NCBI GenBank assembly: GCA_965224245.1
Contig: OZ245046.1
Span: 1,248,001-1,312,000, forward strand
Direction of reading: 5' to 3'
Source of the DNA: Candidatus Eiseniibacteriota bacterium
GTDB lineage: Bacteria; Eisenbacteria; RBG-16-71-46; CAZAMP01
DNA length: 64,000 nt
Translations under genes and position numbers: made by a program
The notes under the pieces: model-generated
What the model was told of the DNA's origin: nothing
Databases searched by the model: none
Seen by the model: the letters and a program-made list of their open reading frames with translations, nothing else
Shown: positions 1 through 9,019 of the stretch, in pieces
How positions within the stretch are numbered: position 1 is the stretch's first letter
Layout: each line of letters begins with the position of its first letter

Positions 1-3000
1 GGTGTCGCCGGCCAGCGCGGCATCGATGCCCGCCTGGAGGGTGGGGAAGTCCCCCAGCCCATCGGGGGTGATGCTGTACGCCAGGGAGATCGCGGCACAG
101 CCGACGCCGAGCGCGCCGACGTCCCCGCCGCAGCTCGCACCGCCGGGGTGGCTGCCGTCCACGCACGGAGAGTTGGCCGCGAGCGTGTAGTCGGCGGCGC
201 CGGCATCGCAGAACCGCGGGTCGGCGGAGAAGTTGTCGTCGATCGCGTCATCACCGGCCAGGCAGCCCACCCAGTCCCCGGCCGCGTTGCCGAACACGTC
301 CGAGCAGGAGAGGCTCACGTCCCCGGTGCCCGCACAGGCCACGGGCTCGCCGGTGAGGTTACCGGCGATCAGTACCCGGGTACCCGACGGCACCGCATCG
401 GTGGCCATGATCGCCGCCCCCACGGGAGCGTCGTTCTCGACGAACGTGCACGCCTCGAGCGTCAGGTCCGAGCCCATCGCGGCCGACAGCGCACCGCCGG
501 AGACCTCGGCGGTGTTGCCGTGGAACACCAACCGGCGCAGCGTCGGCGTCGAGGTCGTATCGGCGAGGACCGCACCCCCGGAGCTGGTCGTGTAGCCGCC
601 GGTGAGCGTGAGGCTCTCGATGATGGTGGCGCTCGTCTCACCCGAGTGGAAGGTGAACACCCGGTGCGGATCACCCGACGATCCCTGGGCGTCGATCACC
701 ACCGACGCGGGATCGCCACTGGCGCCGACGATGACCAGGTCCTTGCCACCGAGGTCGAGGTCGCGGTTGCCGGCGCCGACGAACGTGCCGTCGCCCAGCG
801 AGAGGGTGTCGCCGGCCAGCGCGGCGTCGATGCCCGCCTGGAGGGTGGGGAAGTCCCCGAGCCCATCGGGGGTGATGCTGTACGCCAGGGAGATCGCGGC
901 ACAGCCGACGCCGAGCGCGCCGACGTCGCCGCCACAGCTCGCACCGCCGGGGTGGCTGCCGTCCACGCACGGAGAGTTGGCCGCGAGCGTGTAGTCCCCG
1001 GCACCGGCGTCACAGAACCGCGGATCGGCGGAGAAGTTGTCGTCGATCGCGTCGTCACCGGCCAGGCAGCCCACCCAGTCCCCGGCCGCGTTGCCGAACA
1101 CGTCCGAGCAGGAGAGGCTCACGTCCCCGGTGCCCGCGCACCCCACGGGCTCGCCGGTGAGGTTACCGGCGATCAGTACCCGGGTACCGGTGAGGGTGGC
1201 ATCGGTGGCCATGATCGCCGCCCCCACGGGAGCGTCGTTCTCGACGAACGTGCACGCCTCGAGCGTCAGGTCCGAGCCCATCGCGGCCGACAGCGCACCG
1301 CCGGAGACCTCGGCGGTGTTGCCGTGGAACACCAACCGGCGCAGCGTCGGCGTCGAGGTCGTGTCGGCCAGGATCGCACCGCCGGAGCTGGTCGTGTAAC
1401 CCCCCGTCAGGGTCACGTTCGCGATGAGCGTGGCGCTCGTCTCGCCGGAGTGGAAGGTGAACACCCGATGCGGATCACCCGAGGATCCTTGCGCGTCGAT
1501 CACCACCGACGCGGGATCGCCGCTGGCGCCGACGATGACCAGGTCCTTGCCGCCGAGGTCGAGATCGCGGTTGCCGGCGCCGACGAACGTGCCGTCGCCC
1601 AGCGAGAGGGTGTCGCCGGCCAGCGCAGCATCGATGCCCGCCTGGAGGGTCGGGAAGTCCCCCAGCCCATCAGGGGTGATCACGAAGACCTGCTGGTCCG
1701 CGGCACAGCCGACGCCCAGCGCGCCGACGTCCCCGCCGCAGCTCGCACCGCCCGGGTGGCTGCCGTCCACGCACGGGGAGTTGGCGGCGAGGGTGTAGTC
1801 GGCGGCGCCGGCATCGCAGAACCGCGGGTCGGCGGAGAAGTTGTCGTCGATCGCGTCATCACCGGCCAGGCAACCCACCCAGTCCCCGGCCGCATTGCCG
1901 AACACGTCCGAGCAGGAGAGGCTCACGTCCCCGGTGCCGGCACAGGCCACGGGCTCGCTGGTGAGGTTACCGGCGATCAGTACCCGGGTACCGGTGAGGG
2001 TGGCATCGGTGGCCATGATCGCCGCCCCCGCGGGGGCGTCGTTGTCGACGAACGTGCAGGACTCGATCACGACGTCGGAACTCTGGGCGCAAGCCAGCGC
2101 ACCGCCGGAGACCTCGGCCGTGTTGCCGTGGAACACCAGGCGACGCAGCGTCGGCGTCGAGGTCGTGTCGGCCAGGATCGCACCGCCGGAGCTGGTCGTG
2201 TAACCCCCCGTCAGAGTCACGTTCGCGATGAGCGTGGCGCTCGTCTCGCCGGAGTGGAAGGTGAACACCCGATGCGGATCACCCGAGGATCCCTGCGCGT
2301 CGATCACCACCGACGCCGCATCGCCGCTGGCGCCGACGATGACCAGGTCCTTGCCGCCGAGGTCGAGATCGCGGTTGCCGGCGCCGACGAACGTGCCGTC
2401 GCCCAGCGAGAGGGTGTCGCCGGCCAGCGCGGCATCGATGCCCGCCTGGAGCGTCGGGAAGTCCCCCAGCCCATCAGGGGTGATCACGAAGACCTGCTGG
2501 TCCGCCGCACACCCGACGCTGTGCGCGCCGACGTCCCCGCCGCAGCTCGCACCGCCGGGGTGGCTGCCGTCCACGCACGGGGAGTTGGCGGCGAGCGTGT
2601 AGTCCCCGGCACCGGCGTCACAGAACCGCGGATCGGCGGAGAAGTTGTCGTCGATCGCGTCGTCACCGGCCAGGCAGCCCACCCAGTCCCCGGCCGCGTT
2701 GCCGAACACGTCCGAGCAGGAGAGGCTCACGTCCCCGGTGCCCGCGCACCCCACGGGCTCGCCGGTGAGGTTACCGGCGATCAGTACCCGGGTACCGGTG
2801 AGGGTGGCATCGGTGGCCATGATCGCCGCCCCCACGGGAGCGTCGTTGTCGACGAACGTGCACGCCTCGAGCGTCAGGTCCGAGCCCATCGCGGCCGACA
2901 GCGCACCGCCGGAGACCTCGGCGGTGTTGCCGTGGAACACCAGGCGGCGCAGCGTCGGCGTCGAGGTCGTGTCGGCCAGGATCGCCCCCCCGGAGGCCGT

Positions 3001-5700
3001 CGTGTAGCCGCCGGTGAGCGTGAGGCTCTCGATGACGGTCGCGCTCGTCTCACCCGAGTGGAACACGAAGGCCCGGTGCGGATCACCCGAGGATCCCTGG
3101 GCGTCGAGGATGACGGCCGCCGCATCGCCACTGGCGCCGACGATGACCAGGTCCTTGCCGCCGAGGTCGAGATCGCGGTTGCCGGCCCCCACGAACGTGC
3201 CGTCGCCCAGCGAGAGGGTGTCGCCGGCGAGCGCAGCATCGATGCCGGCCTGGAGGGTGGGGAAGTCCCCCAGCCCATCGGGGGTGATCACGAAGACCTG
3301 CTGGTCCGCGGCACAGCCGACGCCCAGCGCGCCGACGTCCCCGCCGCAGCTCGCACCGCCGGGGTGGCTGCCGTCCACGCACGGGGAGTTGGCGGCGAGC
3401 GTGTAGTCCCCGGCACCGGCATCGCAGAACCGCGGGTCGGCGGAGAAGTTGTCGTCGATCGCGTCATCACCGGCCAGGCAACCCACCCAGTCCCCGGCCG
3501 CATTGCCGAACACGTCCGAGCAGGAGAGGCTCACGTCCCCGGTGCCCGCACAGGCCACGGGCTCGCCGGTGAGGTTACCGGCGATCAGTACCCGGGTACC
3601 CGACGGCACCGCATCGGTGGCCATGATCGCCGCCCCCACGGGAGCGTCGTTCTCGACGAACGTGCACGCCTCGAGCGTCAGGTCCGAGCCCATCGCGGCC
3701 GACAGCGCACCGCCGGAGACCTCGGCGGTGTTGCCGTGGAACACCAACCGGCGCAGCGTCGGCGTCGAGGTCGTATCGGCGAGGACCGCACCCCCGGAGC
3801 TGGTCGTGTAGCCGCCGGTGAGCGTGAGGCTCTCGATGACGGTCGCGCTCGTCTCACCCGAGTGGAACACGAAGGCCCGGTGCGGATCACCCGAGGATCC
3901 CTGGGCGTCGAGGATGACGGCCGCCGCATCGCCACTGGCGCCGACGATGACCAGGTCCTTGCCGCCGAGGTCGAGATCGCGGTTGCCGGCGCCGACGAAC
4001 GTGCCGTCGCCCAGCGAGAGGGTGTCGCCGGCCAGCGCGGCATCGATGCCCGCCTGGAGGGTGGGGAAGTCCCCCAGCCCATCGGGGGTGATGCTGTACG
4101 CCAGGGAGATCGCGGCACAGCCGACGCCGAGCGCGCCGACGTCCCCGCCGCAGCTCGCACCGCCGGGGTGGCTGCCGTCCACGCACGGAGAGTTGGCCGC
4201 GAGCGTGTAGTCGGCGGCGCCGGCATCGCAGAACCGCGGGTCGGCGGAGAAGTTGTCGTCGATCGCGTCATCACCGGCCAGGCAGCCCACCCAGTCCCCG
4301 GCCGCGTTGCCGAACACGTCCGAGCAGGAGAGGCTCACGTCCCCGGTGCCCGCGCACCCCACGGGCTCGCCGGTGAGGTTACCGGCGATCAACACCCGGG
4401 TACCCGACGGCACCGCATCGGTGGCCATGATCGCCGCACCGAGCGGAGCGTCGTTGTCGACGAACGTGCAGGACTCGATCACGACGTCGGAACTCTGGGC
4501 GCAAGCCAGCGCACCGCCGGAGACCTCGGCCGTGTTGCCGTGGAACAGCAGGCGACGCAGCGTCGGCGTCGAGGTCGTGTCGGCCAGGATCGCCCCCCCG
4601 GAGGCCGTCGTGTAGCCGCCGGTGAGCGTGAGGCTCTCGATGATGGTGGCGCTCGTCTCACCCGAGTGGAAGGTGAACACCCGGTGCGGATCACCCGACG
4701 ATCCCTGGGCGTCGATCACCACCGACGCGGGATCGCCACTGGCGCCGACGATGACCAGGTCCTTGCCACCGAGGTCGAGGTCGCGGTTGCCGGCGCCGAC
4801 GAACGTGCCGTCGCCCAGCGAGAGGGTGTCGCCGGCCAGCGCGGCGTCGATGCCCGCCTGGAGGGTGGGGAAGTCCCCGAGCCCATCGGGGGTGATGCTG
4901 TACGCCAGGGAGATCGCGGCACAGCCGACGCCGAGCGCGCCGACGTCGCCGCCACAGCTCGCACCGCCCGGGTGGCTGCCGTCCACGCACGGAGAGTTGG
5001 CCGCGAGCGTGTAGTCCCCGGCACCGGCGTCACAGAACCGCGGATCGGCGGAGAAGTTGTCGTCGATCGCGTCGTCACCGGCCAGGCAGCCCACCCAGTC
5101 CCCGGCCGCGTTGCCGAACACGTCCGAGCAGGAGAGGCTCACGTCCCCGGTGCCCGCGCACCCCACGGGCTCGCCGGTGAGGTTACCGGCGATCAGTACC
5201 CGGGTACCGGTGAGGGTGGCATCGGTGGCCATGATCGCCGCCCCCACGGGAGCGTCGTTCTCGACGAACGTGCACGCCTCGAGCGTCAGGTCCGAGCCCA
5301 TCGCGGCCGACAGCGCACCGCCGGAGACCTCGGCGGTGTTGCCGTGGAACACCAACCGGCGCAGCGTCGGCGTCGAGGTCGTGTCGGCCAGGATCGCACC
5401 GCCGGAGCTGGTCGTGTAACCCCCCGTCAGGGTCACGTTCGCGATGAGCGTGGCGCTCGTCTCGCCGGAGTGGAAGGTGAACACCCGATGCGGATCACCC
5501 GAGGATCCTTGCGCGTCGATCACCACCGACGCCGCATCGCCGCTGGCGCCGACGATGACCAGGTCCTTGCCGCCGAGGTCGAGATCGCGGTTGCCGGCCC
5601 CGACGAACGTGCCGTCACCCAGCGAGAGGGTGTCGCCGGCCAGCGCGGCGTCGATGCCCGCCTGGAGGGTGGGGAAGTCCCCGAGACCATCGGGCGTGAT
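1..5700. repeat. Intragenic tandem repeat, 804-bp period, 7 full copies plus part of an 8th
   Basis: Near-identical ORF-track peptides recur at 233, 1037, 1841, 2645, 3449, 4253 and 5057 (step 804). About 601-1510 matches about 4621-5530 with one mismatch that I could see. Confidence 0.97.
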
Positions 5701-5781
5701 CGAGAACGACGCGGCAGCGGCAGACTGCGCGGTCATGCTGACGAGGACGACGCCGACGAGGCCGGTCGAGATGATGCGCAA
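1..5781 (-). CDS. Giant secreted right-handed parallel beta-helix repeat protein (at least 7 complete 268-aa units); 3' end lies beyond the window
   Basis: Manual translation of the minus strand: TTG start at 5781 with GAGGAG RBS (5789-5794), signal peptide MRIISTGLVGVVLVSMTAQSAAA, then repeats ITPDGLGDFPTLQAGIDAA..GDTLSLGDGTF.G.GNRDLDLGGK..GGAI..FHGNTA..SGGAL..CSDVFGN..GDW..NFSADPRFC..DYTLAANSPC..VGALGVGC. The frame still reads in register at base 1 (..AGDT). Absent from the ORF track because no stop falls inside the window. Confidence 0.9.
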   Translation of the reverse strand, partial: MRIISTGLVGVVLVSMTAQSAAAASFSITPDGLGDFPTLQAGIDAALAGDTLSLGDGTFVGAGNRDLDLGGKDLVIVGASGDAASVVIDAQGSSGDPHRVFTFHSGETSATLIANVTLTGGYTTSSGGAILADTTSTPTLRRLVFHGNTAEVSGGALSAAMGSDLTLEACTFVENDAPVGAAIMATDATLTGTRVLIAGNLTGEPVGCAGTGDVSLSCSDVFGNAAGDWVGCLAGDDAIDDNFSADPRFCDAGAGDYTLAANSPCVDGSHPGGASCGGDVGALGVGCAAISLAYSITPDGLGDFPTLQAGIDAALAGDTLSLGDGTFVGAGNRDLDLGGKDLVIVGASGDPASVVIDAQGSSGDPHRVFTFHSGETSATIIESLTLTGGYTTASGGAILADTTSTPTLRRLLFHGNTAEVSGGALACAQSSDVVIESCTFVDNDAPLGAAIMATDAVPSGTRVLIAGNLTGEPVGCAGTGDVSLSCSDVFGNAAGDWVGCLAGDDAIDDNFSADPRFCDAGAADYTLAANSPCVDGSHPGGASCGGDVGALGVGCAAISLAYSITPDGLGDFPTLQAGIDAALAGDTLSLGDGTFVGAGNRDLDLGGKDLVIVGASGDAAAVILDAQGSSGDPHRAFVFHSGETSATVIESLTLTGGYTTSSGGAVLADTTSTPTLRRLVFHGNTAEVSGGALSAAMGSDLTLEACTFVENDAPVGAAIMATDAVPSGTRVLIAGNLTGEPVACAGTGDVSLSCSDVFGNAAGDWVGCLAGDDAIDDNFSADPRFCDAGAGDYTLAANSPCVDGSHPGGASCGGDVGALGVGCAADQQVFVITPDGLGDFPTLQAGIDAALAGDTLSLGDGTFVGAGNRDLDLGGKDLVIVGASGDAAAVILDAQGSSGDPHRAFVFHSGETSATVIESLTLTGGYTTASGGAILADTTSTPTLRRLVFHGNTAEVSGGALSAAMGSDLTLEACTFVDNDAPVGAAIMATDATLTGTRVLIAGNLTGEPVGCAGTGDVSLSCSDVFGNAAGDWVGCLAGDDAIDDNFSADPRFCDAGAGDYTLAANSPCVDGSHPGGASCGGDVGAHSVGCAADQQVFVITPDGLGDFPTLQAGIDAALAGDTLSLGDGTFVGAGNRDLDLGGKDLVIVGASGDAASVVIDAQGSSGDPHRVFTFHSGETSATLIANVTLTGGYTTSSGGAILADTTSTPTLRRLVFHGNTAEVSGGALACAQSSDVVIESCTFVDNDAPAGAAIMATDATLTGTRVLIAGNLTSEPVACAGTGDVSLSCSDVFGNAAGDWVGCLAGDDAIDDNFSADPRFCDAGAADYTLAANSPCVDGSHPGGASCGGDVGALGVGCAADQQVFVITPDGLGDFPTLQAGIDAALAGDTLSLGDGTFVGAGNRDLDLGGKDLVIVGASGDPASVVIDAQGSSGDPHRVFTFHSGETSATLIANVTLTGGYTTSSGGAILADTTSTPTLRRLVFHGNTAEVSGGALSAAMGSDLTLEACTFVENDAPVGAAIMATDATLTGTRVLIAGNLTGEPVGCAGTGDVSLSCSDVFGNAAGDWVGCLAGDDAIDDNFSADPRFCDAGAGDYTLAANSPCVDGSHPGGASCGGDVGALGVGCAAISLAYSITPDGLGDFPTLQAGIDAALAGDTLSLGDGTFVGAGNRDLDLGGKDLVIVGASGDPASVVIDAQGSSGDPHRVFTFHSGETSATIIESLTLTGGYTTSSGGAVLADTTSTPTLRRLVFHGNTAEVSGGALSAAMGSDLTLEACTFVENDAPVGAAIMATDAVPSGTRVLIAGNLTGEPVACAGTGDVSLSCSDVFGNAAGDWVGCLAGDDAIDDNFSADPRFCDAGAADYTLAANSPCVDGSHPGGASCGGDVGALGVGCAAISLAYSITPDGLGDFPTLQAGIDAALAGDT

Positions 5782-5834
5782 GGTGCGGCTCCTCGAAAAC
5801 ACTGGAAGTTTGGATCAGCGAGCGGGTGACGAGG

Positions 5835-5843
5835 AGTCTATCA
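5835..5843 (-). promoter_or_regulatory. Putative extended -10 promoter (TGaTAGACT) of the repeat-protein gene
   Basis: Minus strand reads TGATAGACT about 55 nt upstream of the TTG start. Confidence 0.35.
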
Positions 5844-6073
5844 CGCGCGGCTGCCCGGAACCTCCGGCCGTGTGCGGGCGGTTGGGGACCGCCGCTCCAA
5901 AACGACCGGGTTCTCCGGCCTCAGGTGCCCCCACCGGTGAGCCGGCGAGCGAGCCTCCGGGGGCGCTGGCCCCGGCATCGGGGCCTCGGCCCCACAGGGA
6001 GGTTCGATGGCCGGAGAGCGACGAATCGGGGGTGGCAGCGGACACCACCGGCCCGGTCATCCGACCCCAGACG

Positions 6074-6643
6074 TCAACGAGCGGCTCGGAGCCCCACGGG
6101 CGTCTCGTCGAAGTCGGTGCCGCAGCGCCGGCAGTGGAGATCCCCCCGCAAGCGCCTTCCACAGCGGCAGACCCACCCGATGCGCCGGGCCGGGTTGCCC
6201 ACCACCAGGGCGTGTGGCGTGACGTCGCGGTTCACGACCGAGCCGGCGCCCACCACACACCACGCGCCGAGACGCGTCCCGCACACGATGGTGGCGTTGG
6301 CGCCGATGCTCGCACCCTCCTCGACGACGGTGGGGAGCCAGTCGCCGGGAGACGAGCGGTAGTCCGGGTGCGCCCTCGGGATCCGGTCGTTGGTGAAGAC
6401 GGCGTTGGGTCCGACGAACACGTAGTCCTCGAGCGTGACCCGGTCCCAGACCGAGACCCCGTTCTTGACGACGACGTGATCGCCGATCGTGGCCCCCGAC
6501 TCGATGAACGTGGAGTCGCCGATGTTGCACGACGCGCCGATCCTCGCGCCGGACATCACGTGCGCGAAAGCCCATATCCGCGTGTTCGGTCCCACGCTCT
6601 CGCTCTCGTTGATCCCGTTGGGATGCACGAATACCTCGCTCAC
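6074..6643 (-). CDS. Hexapeptide-repeat sugar N-acetyltransferase (WbpD/WlbB-like)
   Basis: FVHP..ES..VG..TRIWAFAHVM.GA.IG..CNIG, VFVGPNAVFTND..PR, GASIGANATIVCG, LVVGNPARRIGWVC.CG C-terminal Cys motif; GAGGAGG RBS. Confidence 0.9.
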   Translation of the reverse strand: MSEVFVHPNGINESESVGPNTRIWAFAHVMSGARIGASCNIGDSTFIESGATIGDHVVVKNGVSVWDRVTLEDYVFVGPNAVFTNDRIPRAHPDYRSSPGDWLPTVVEEGASIGANATIVCGTRLGAWCVVGAGSVVNRDVTPHALVVGNPARRIGWVCRCGRRLRGDLHCRRCGTDFDETPVGLRAAR

Positions 6644-6759
6644 GATCGATGCCTCCTCGGGGGATGGACCACGGTGGGCTCACTCCAATAGCGGCCGGGG
6701 AGCGGGGTTTCTGGAGCGCCCACCCCGCACCGAGCGGGTGAACTTGTGATCGGGTCCGG

Positions 6760-6787
6760 TTGAATTCAGATCGCAGTCTGATACGAT
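6760..6787 (+). promoter_or_regulatory. Putative sigma70 promoter of the DUF1015-serA-serC operon
   Basis: TTGAAT-16 nt-TACGAT with a TGn extension. Confidence 0.4.
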
Positions 6788-6848
6788 CTCGACGTATCTG
6801 TCGAAAACGCAACTCATTCGCGTCGTGTCACTTCCAAAGGAAGCTGCC

Positions 6849-8081
6849 GTGTCCGAGATCCGCCCGTTTCGCGGACTGCGCCCGCGTCCCGACCTCGCAC
6901 GGGAGGTGGCGTCCCCGCCCTACGACGTCCTGAGCGCGTCCGAGGCCCGTGCGATGGCCGCGGACAACCCGAACTCGTTCCTGCGTGTGAACAAGGCGGA
7001 GCTGGAGTTCCCCGAGGGGGCCGACCCGCACGCCGACGAGGTGTACGCCCGGGCCAAGGCGAACCTCGAGCGTCTCGAGTCGAGCGGCGTGATGAAGCGC
7101 GATTCGACGCCGTGCCTGTACGTGTATCGGTTGACGATGTCCGGCCGGAGCCAGACCGGTCTCGTCACGCTGACCTCGGTCGACGAGTACGATCGCGGCC
7201 TCATCAAGAAGCACGAGCACACGCGGCCGAACAAGGTCGCCGATCGCGCACAGCACATCCTCACGCTCGACGCTCAGGTCGGGCCCGTCTTCTCGACGTT
7301 CCGCACCACCGAGGCCATCCGATCGGCCTTCTCGGCGATCACGACCCAGCCGGCCCCGTGCGACTTCACGGCCGACGGCGTGCGACACGAGCTCTGGGTC
7401 GTGGACGGCACCGATCGCATCGACGCGTTCGTGACAGGGTTCGCGGCGCTCGACTGTCTCTACATCGCCGACGGCCATCACCGCAGCGAGGCGGCGTCGG
7501 TGGTCGCGGCGCGCAGTCGCGACGCCGGCCGGCCGGGCGGAGCCCACCAGAGCTTTCTGAACGTACTGTTTCCGCACGACGAGCTCCGGATCCTGCCGTA
7601 CAACCGTGTCGTGCGCGACACGGCCGGGAAGTCCGTGGCCGGCATTCTCGAAGAGGCGTCGGGACGCTTCGAGGTCACGGAGACCGTTCGAGCGGTCTCG
7701 CCCGATACGCTGCACGACTTCGGTCTCTACGCGGCCGGTCGCTGGTATCATCTACGGGCGCGACCGGGAACGTTCGACGCCTCGCATCCGACGAAGTCGA
7801 TCGATGCCGCCGTGCTCGCCGACGGCTTCCTGGAACCGATTCTCGGGATCATCGATCCTCGAACGGACGAGCGCATCGACTTCATCGGCGGCATCCGGGG
7901 CACCAAAGCGCTCGAGCGCGCGGTCGACTCGGGCGAGTACGCGCTGGCGTTCTCGCTGCACCCGACGTCGATCGAGCAGCTGCTCGGCGTCGCGGATGCG
8001 GGCGAGGTGATGCCACCCAAATCGACGTGGTTCGAGCCGAAGCTCCGAAGCGGCATGGTCGTCAACCGACTGTCCGACTGA
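6849..8081 (+). CDS. DUF1015 family protein
   Basis: IRPFRGLRP, SPPYDV, IKKHEHTR, YIADGHHR, C-terminal VMPPKSTWFEPKLRSG; GTG start after AAGGAAG. Confidence 0.92.
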   Translation: MSEIRPFRGLRPRPDLAREVASPPYDVLSASEARAMAADNPNSFLRVNKAELEFPEGADPHADEVYARAKANLERLESSGVMKRDSTPCLYVYRLTMSGRSQTGLVTLTSVDEYDRGLIKKHEHTRPNKVADRAQHILTLDAQVGPVFSTFRTTEAIRSAFSAITTQPAPCDFTADGVRHELWVVDGTDRIDAFVTGFAALDCLYIADGHHRSEAASVVAARSRDAGRPGGAHQSFLNVLFPHDELRILPYNRVVRDTAGKSVAGILEEASGRFEVTETVRAVSPDTLHDFGLYAAGRWYHLRARPGTFDASHPTKSIDAAVLADGFLEPILGIIDPRTDERIDFIGGIRGTKALERAVDSGEYALAFSLHPTSIEQLLGVADAGEVMPPKSTWFEPKLRSGMVVNRLSD

Positions 8082-8100
8082 CCGACAGGGGGCGCTCCGC

Positions 8101-9009
8101 ATGCTGATCCTGATCGCCGACGCCTTCGACGCCTCGCTCCCGAAGCGGCTTGCGCGCTTCGGCGAGGTGACGACCGACTCGAGCCGCCTCGGCGAGGCCG
8201 ACGTCGTGCTGGTACGGAGCAAGACGAAGGTCACCGCCGAGTACGTCGCAGGTGCTCCGAGGCTTCGCCTCGTGATCCGCGGCGGCGTCGGTCTGGACAA
8301 CATCGACGTCGAGCACGCCGAGTCGAGGGGCATCGTCGTTCACAACACCGCCGATGCGTCGACGATCGCCGTGGCGGAGCTCGCGTTCGCGCTGATGATC
8401 GCGCTACCCAACCACCTCGTTCGGGCCGATGAGTCCATGCGCGCGGGCCGGTGGATCAAGAGCGAGCTCACGCGAACCGAGCTGTACGGCAAGACGCTGG
8501 GCGTGGCCGGCATGGGTCGGATCGGAACCGCCGTGGCCGAGCGCGCCCGTGCCTTCGGGATGTCCGTGCTGGGTCTCGACCTCCGTCACGCGCGCGCGTC
8601 CGACGCGGCGCTGCGTGACCGACTCTGGGAACACCTCGGCCGCTGCGACTACGTCACGCTGTCGTTCCCGCATCGCGAGGAGAACGCGGGCCTCGTCGAT
8701 GCATCGCTCCTGGCACGGATGAGGCCGGGCGCCTACCTGATCAACACCGGCCGGGCCGAGTGTGTGAACGAGGCCGACGTGGCCGACGCCCTGGCGTCGG
8801 AACGCCTCGCCGGCTTCGCGACGGACGTGTGGCTCACCGACCCACCCGACGGGTCGCCGCTCATCGGAGCCCCCAACTGTCTGCTGACGCCGCACATCGG
8901 GGCGTCGACGCACGAGAACATGACGCGCATCGGCGACGTCGTCGAGCGCATACTCGAAGACTTCGACGGCGGAAACGCCGAGAGTTCCTTTCCCCAACAG
9001 ACGCAGTGA
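8101..9009 (+). CDS. serA: D-3-phosphoglycerate dehydrogenase, short form without ACT domain (D-2-hydroxyacid dehydrogenase family)
   Basis: VRSKTKV, RGGVGLDNID, ELYGKTLG..GMGRIG, INTGR, TPHIGAST; adjacent to serC. Confidence 0.8.
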   Translation: MLILIADAFDASLPKRLARFGEVTTDSSRLGEADVVLVRSKTKVTAEYVAGAPRLRLVIRGGVGLDNIDVEHAESRGIVVHNTADASTIAVAELAFALMIALPNHLVRADESMRAGRWIKSELTRTELYGKTLGVAGMGRIGTAVAERARAFGMSVLGLDLRHARASDAALRDRLWEHLGRCDYVTLSFPHREENAGLVDASLLARMRPGAYLINTGRAECVNEADVADALASERLAGFATDVWLTDPPDGSPLIGAPNCLLTPHIGASTHENMTRIGDVVERILEDFDGGNAESSFPQQTQ

Positions 9010-9019
9010 GGACGTAGCC

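Noticed and set aside
1-5700. Repeat array as a CRISPR array or mobile element
   Set aside because: The period is 804 bp, in frame and coding, with no short repeat-spacer structure, cas genes or transposase.
148-5829. 1893-aa plus-strand ORF in the track
   Set aside because: It is the in-register antisense shadow of the minus-strand repeat gene. It stays open because the real gene avoids TTA/CTA/TCA codons, and its R/G/A/V/H-rich sequence has no domain features.
5860-5940. Resemblance to a c-di-GMP-II riboswitch on the minus strand (GGGCACC..GAGC..AACCG)
   Set aside because: The pseudoknot partner GTGC is missing, and GGCGGT/ACCGCC forms a simple local hairpin instead.
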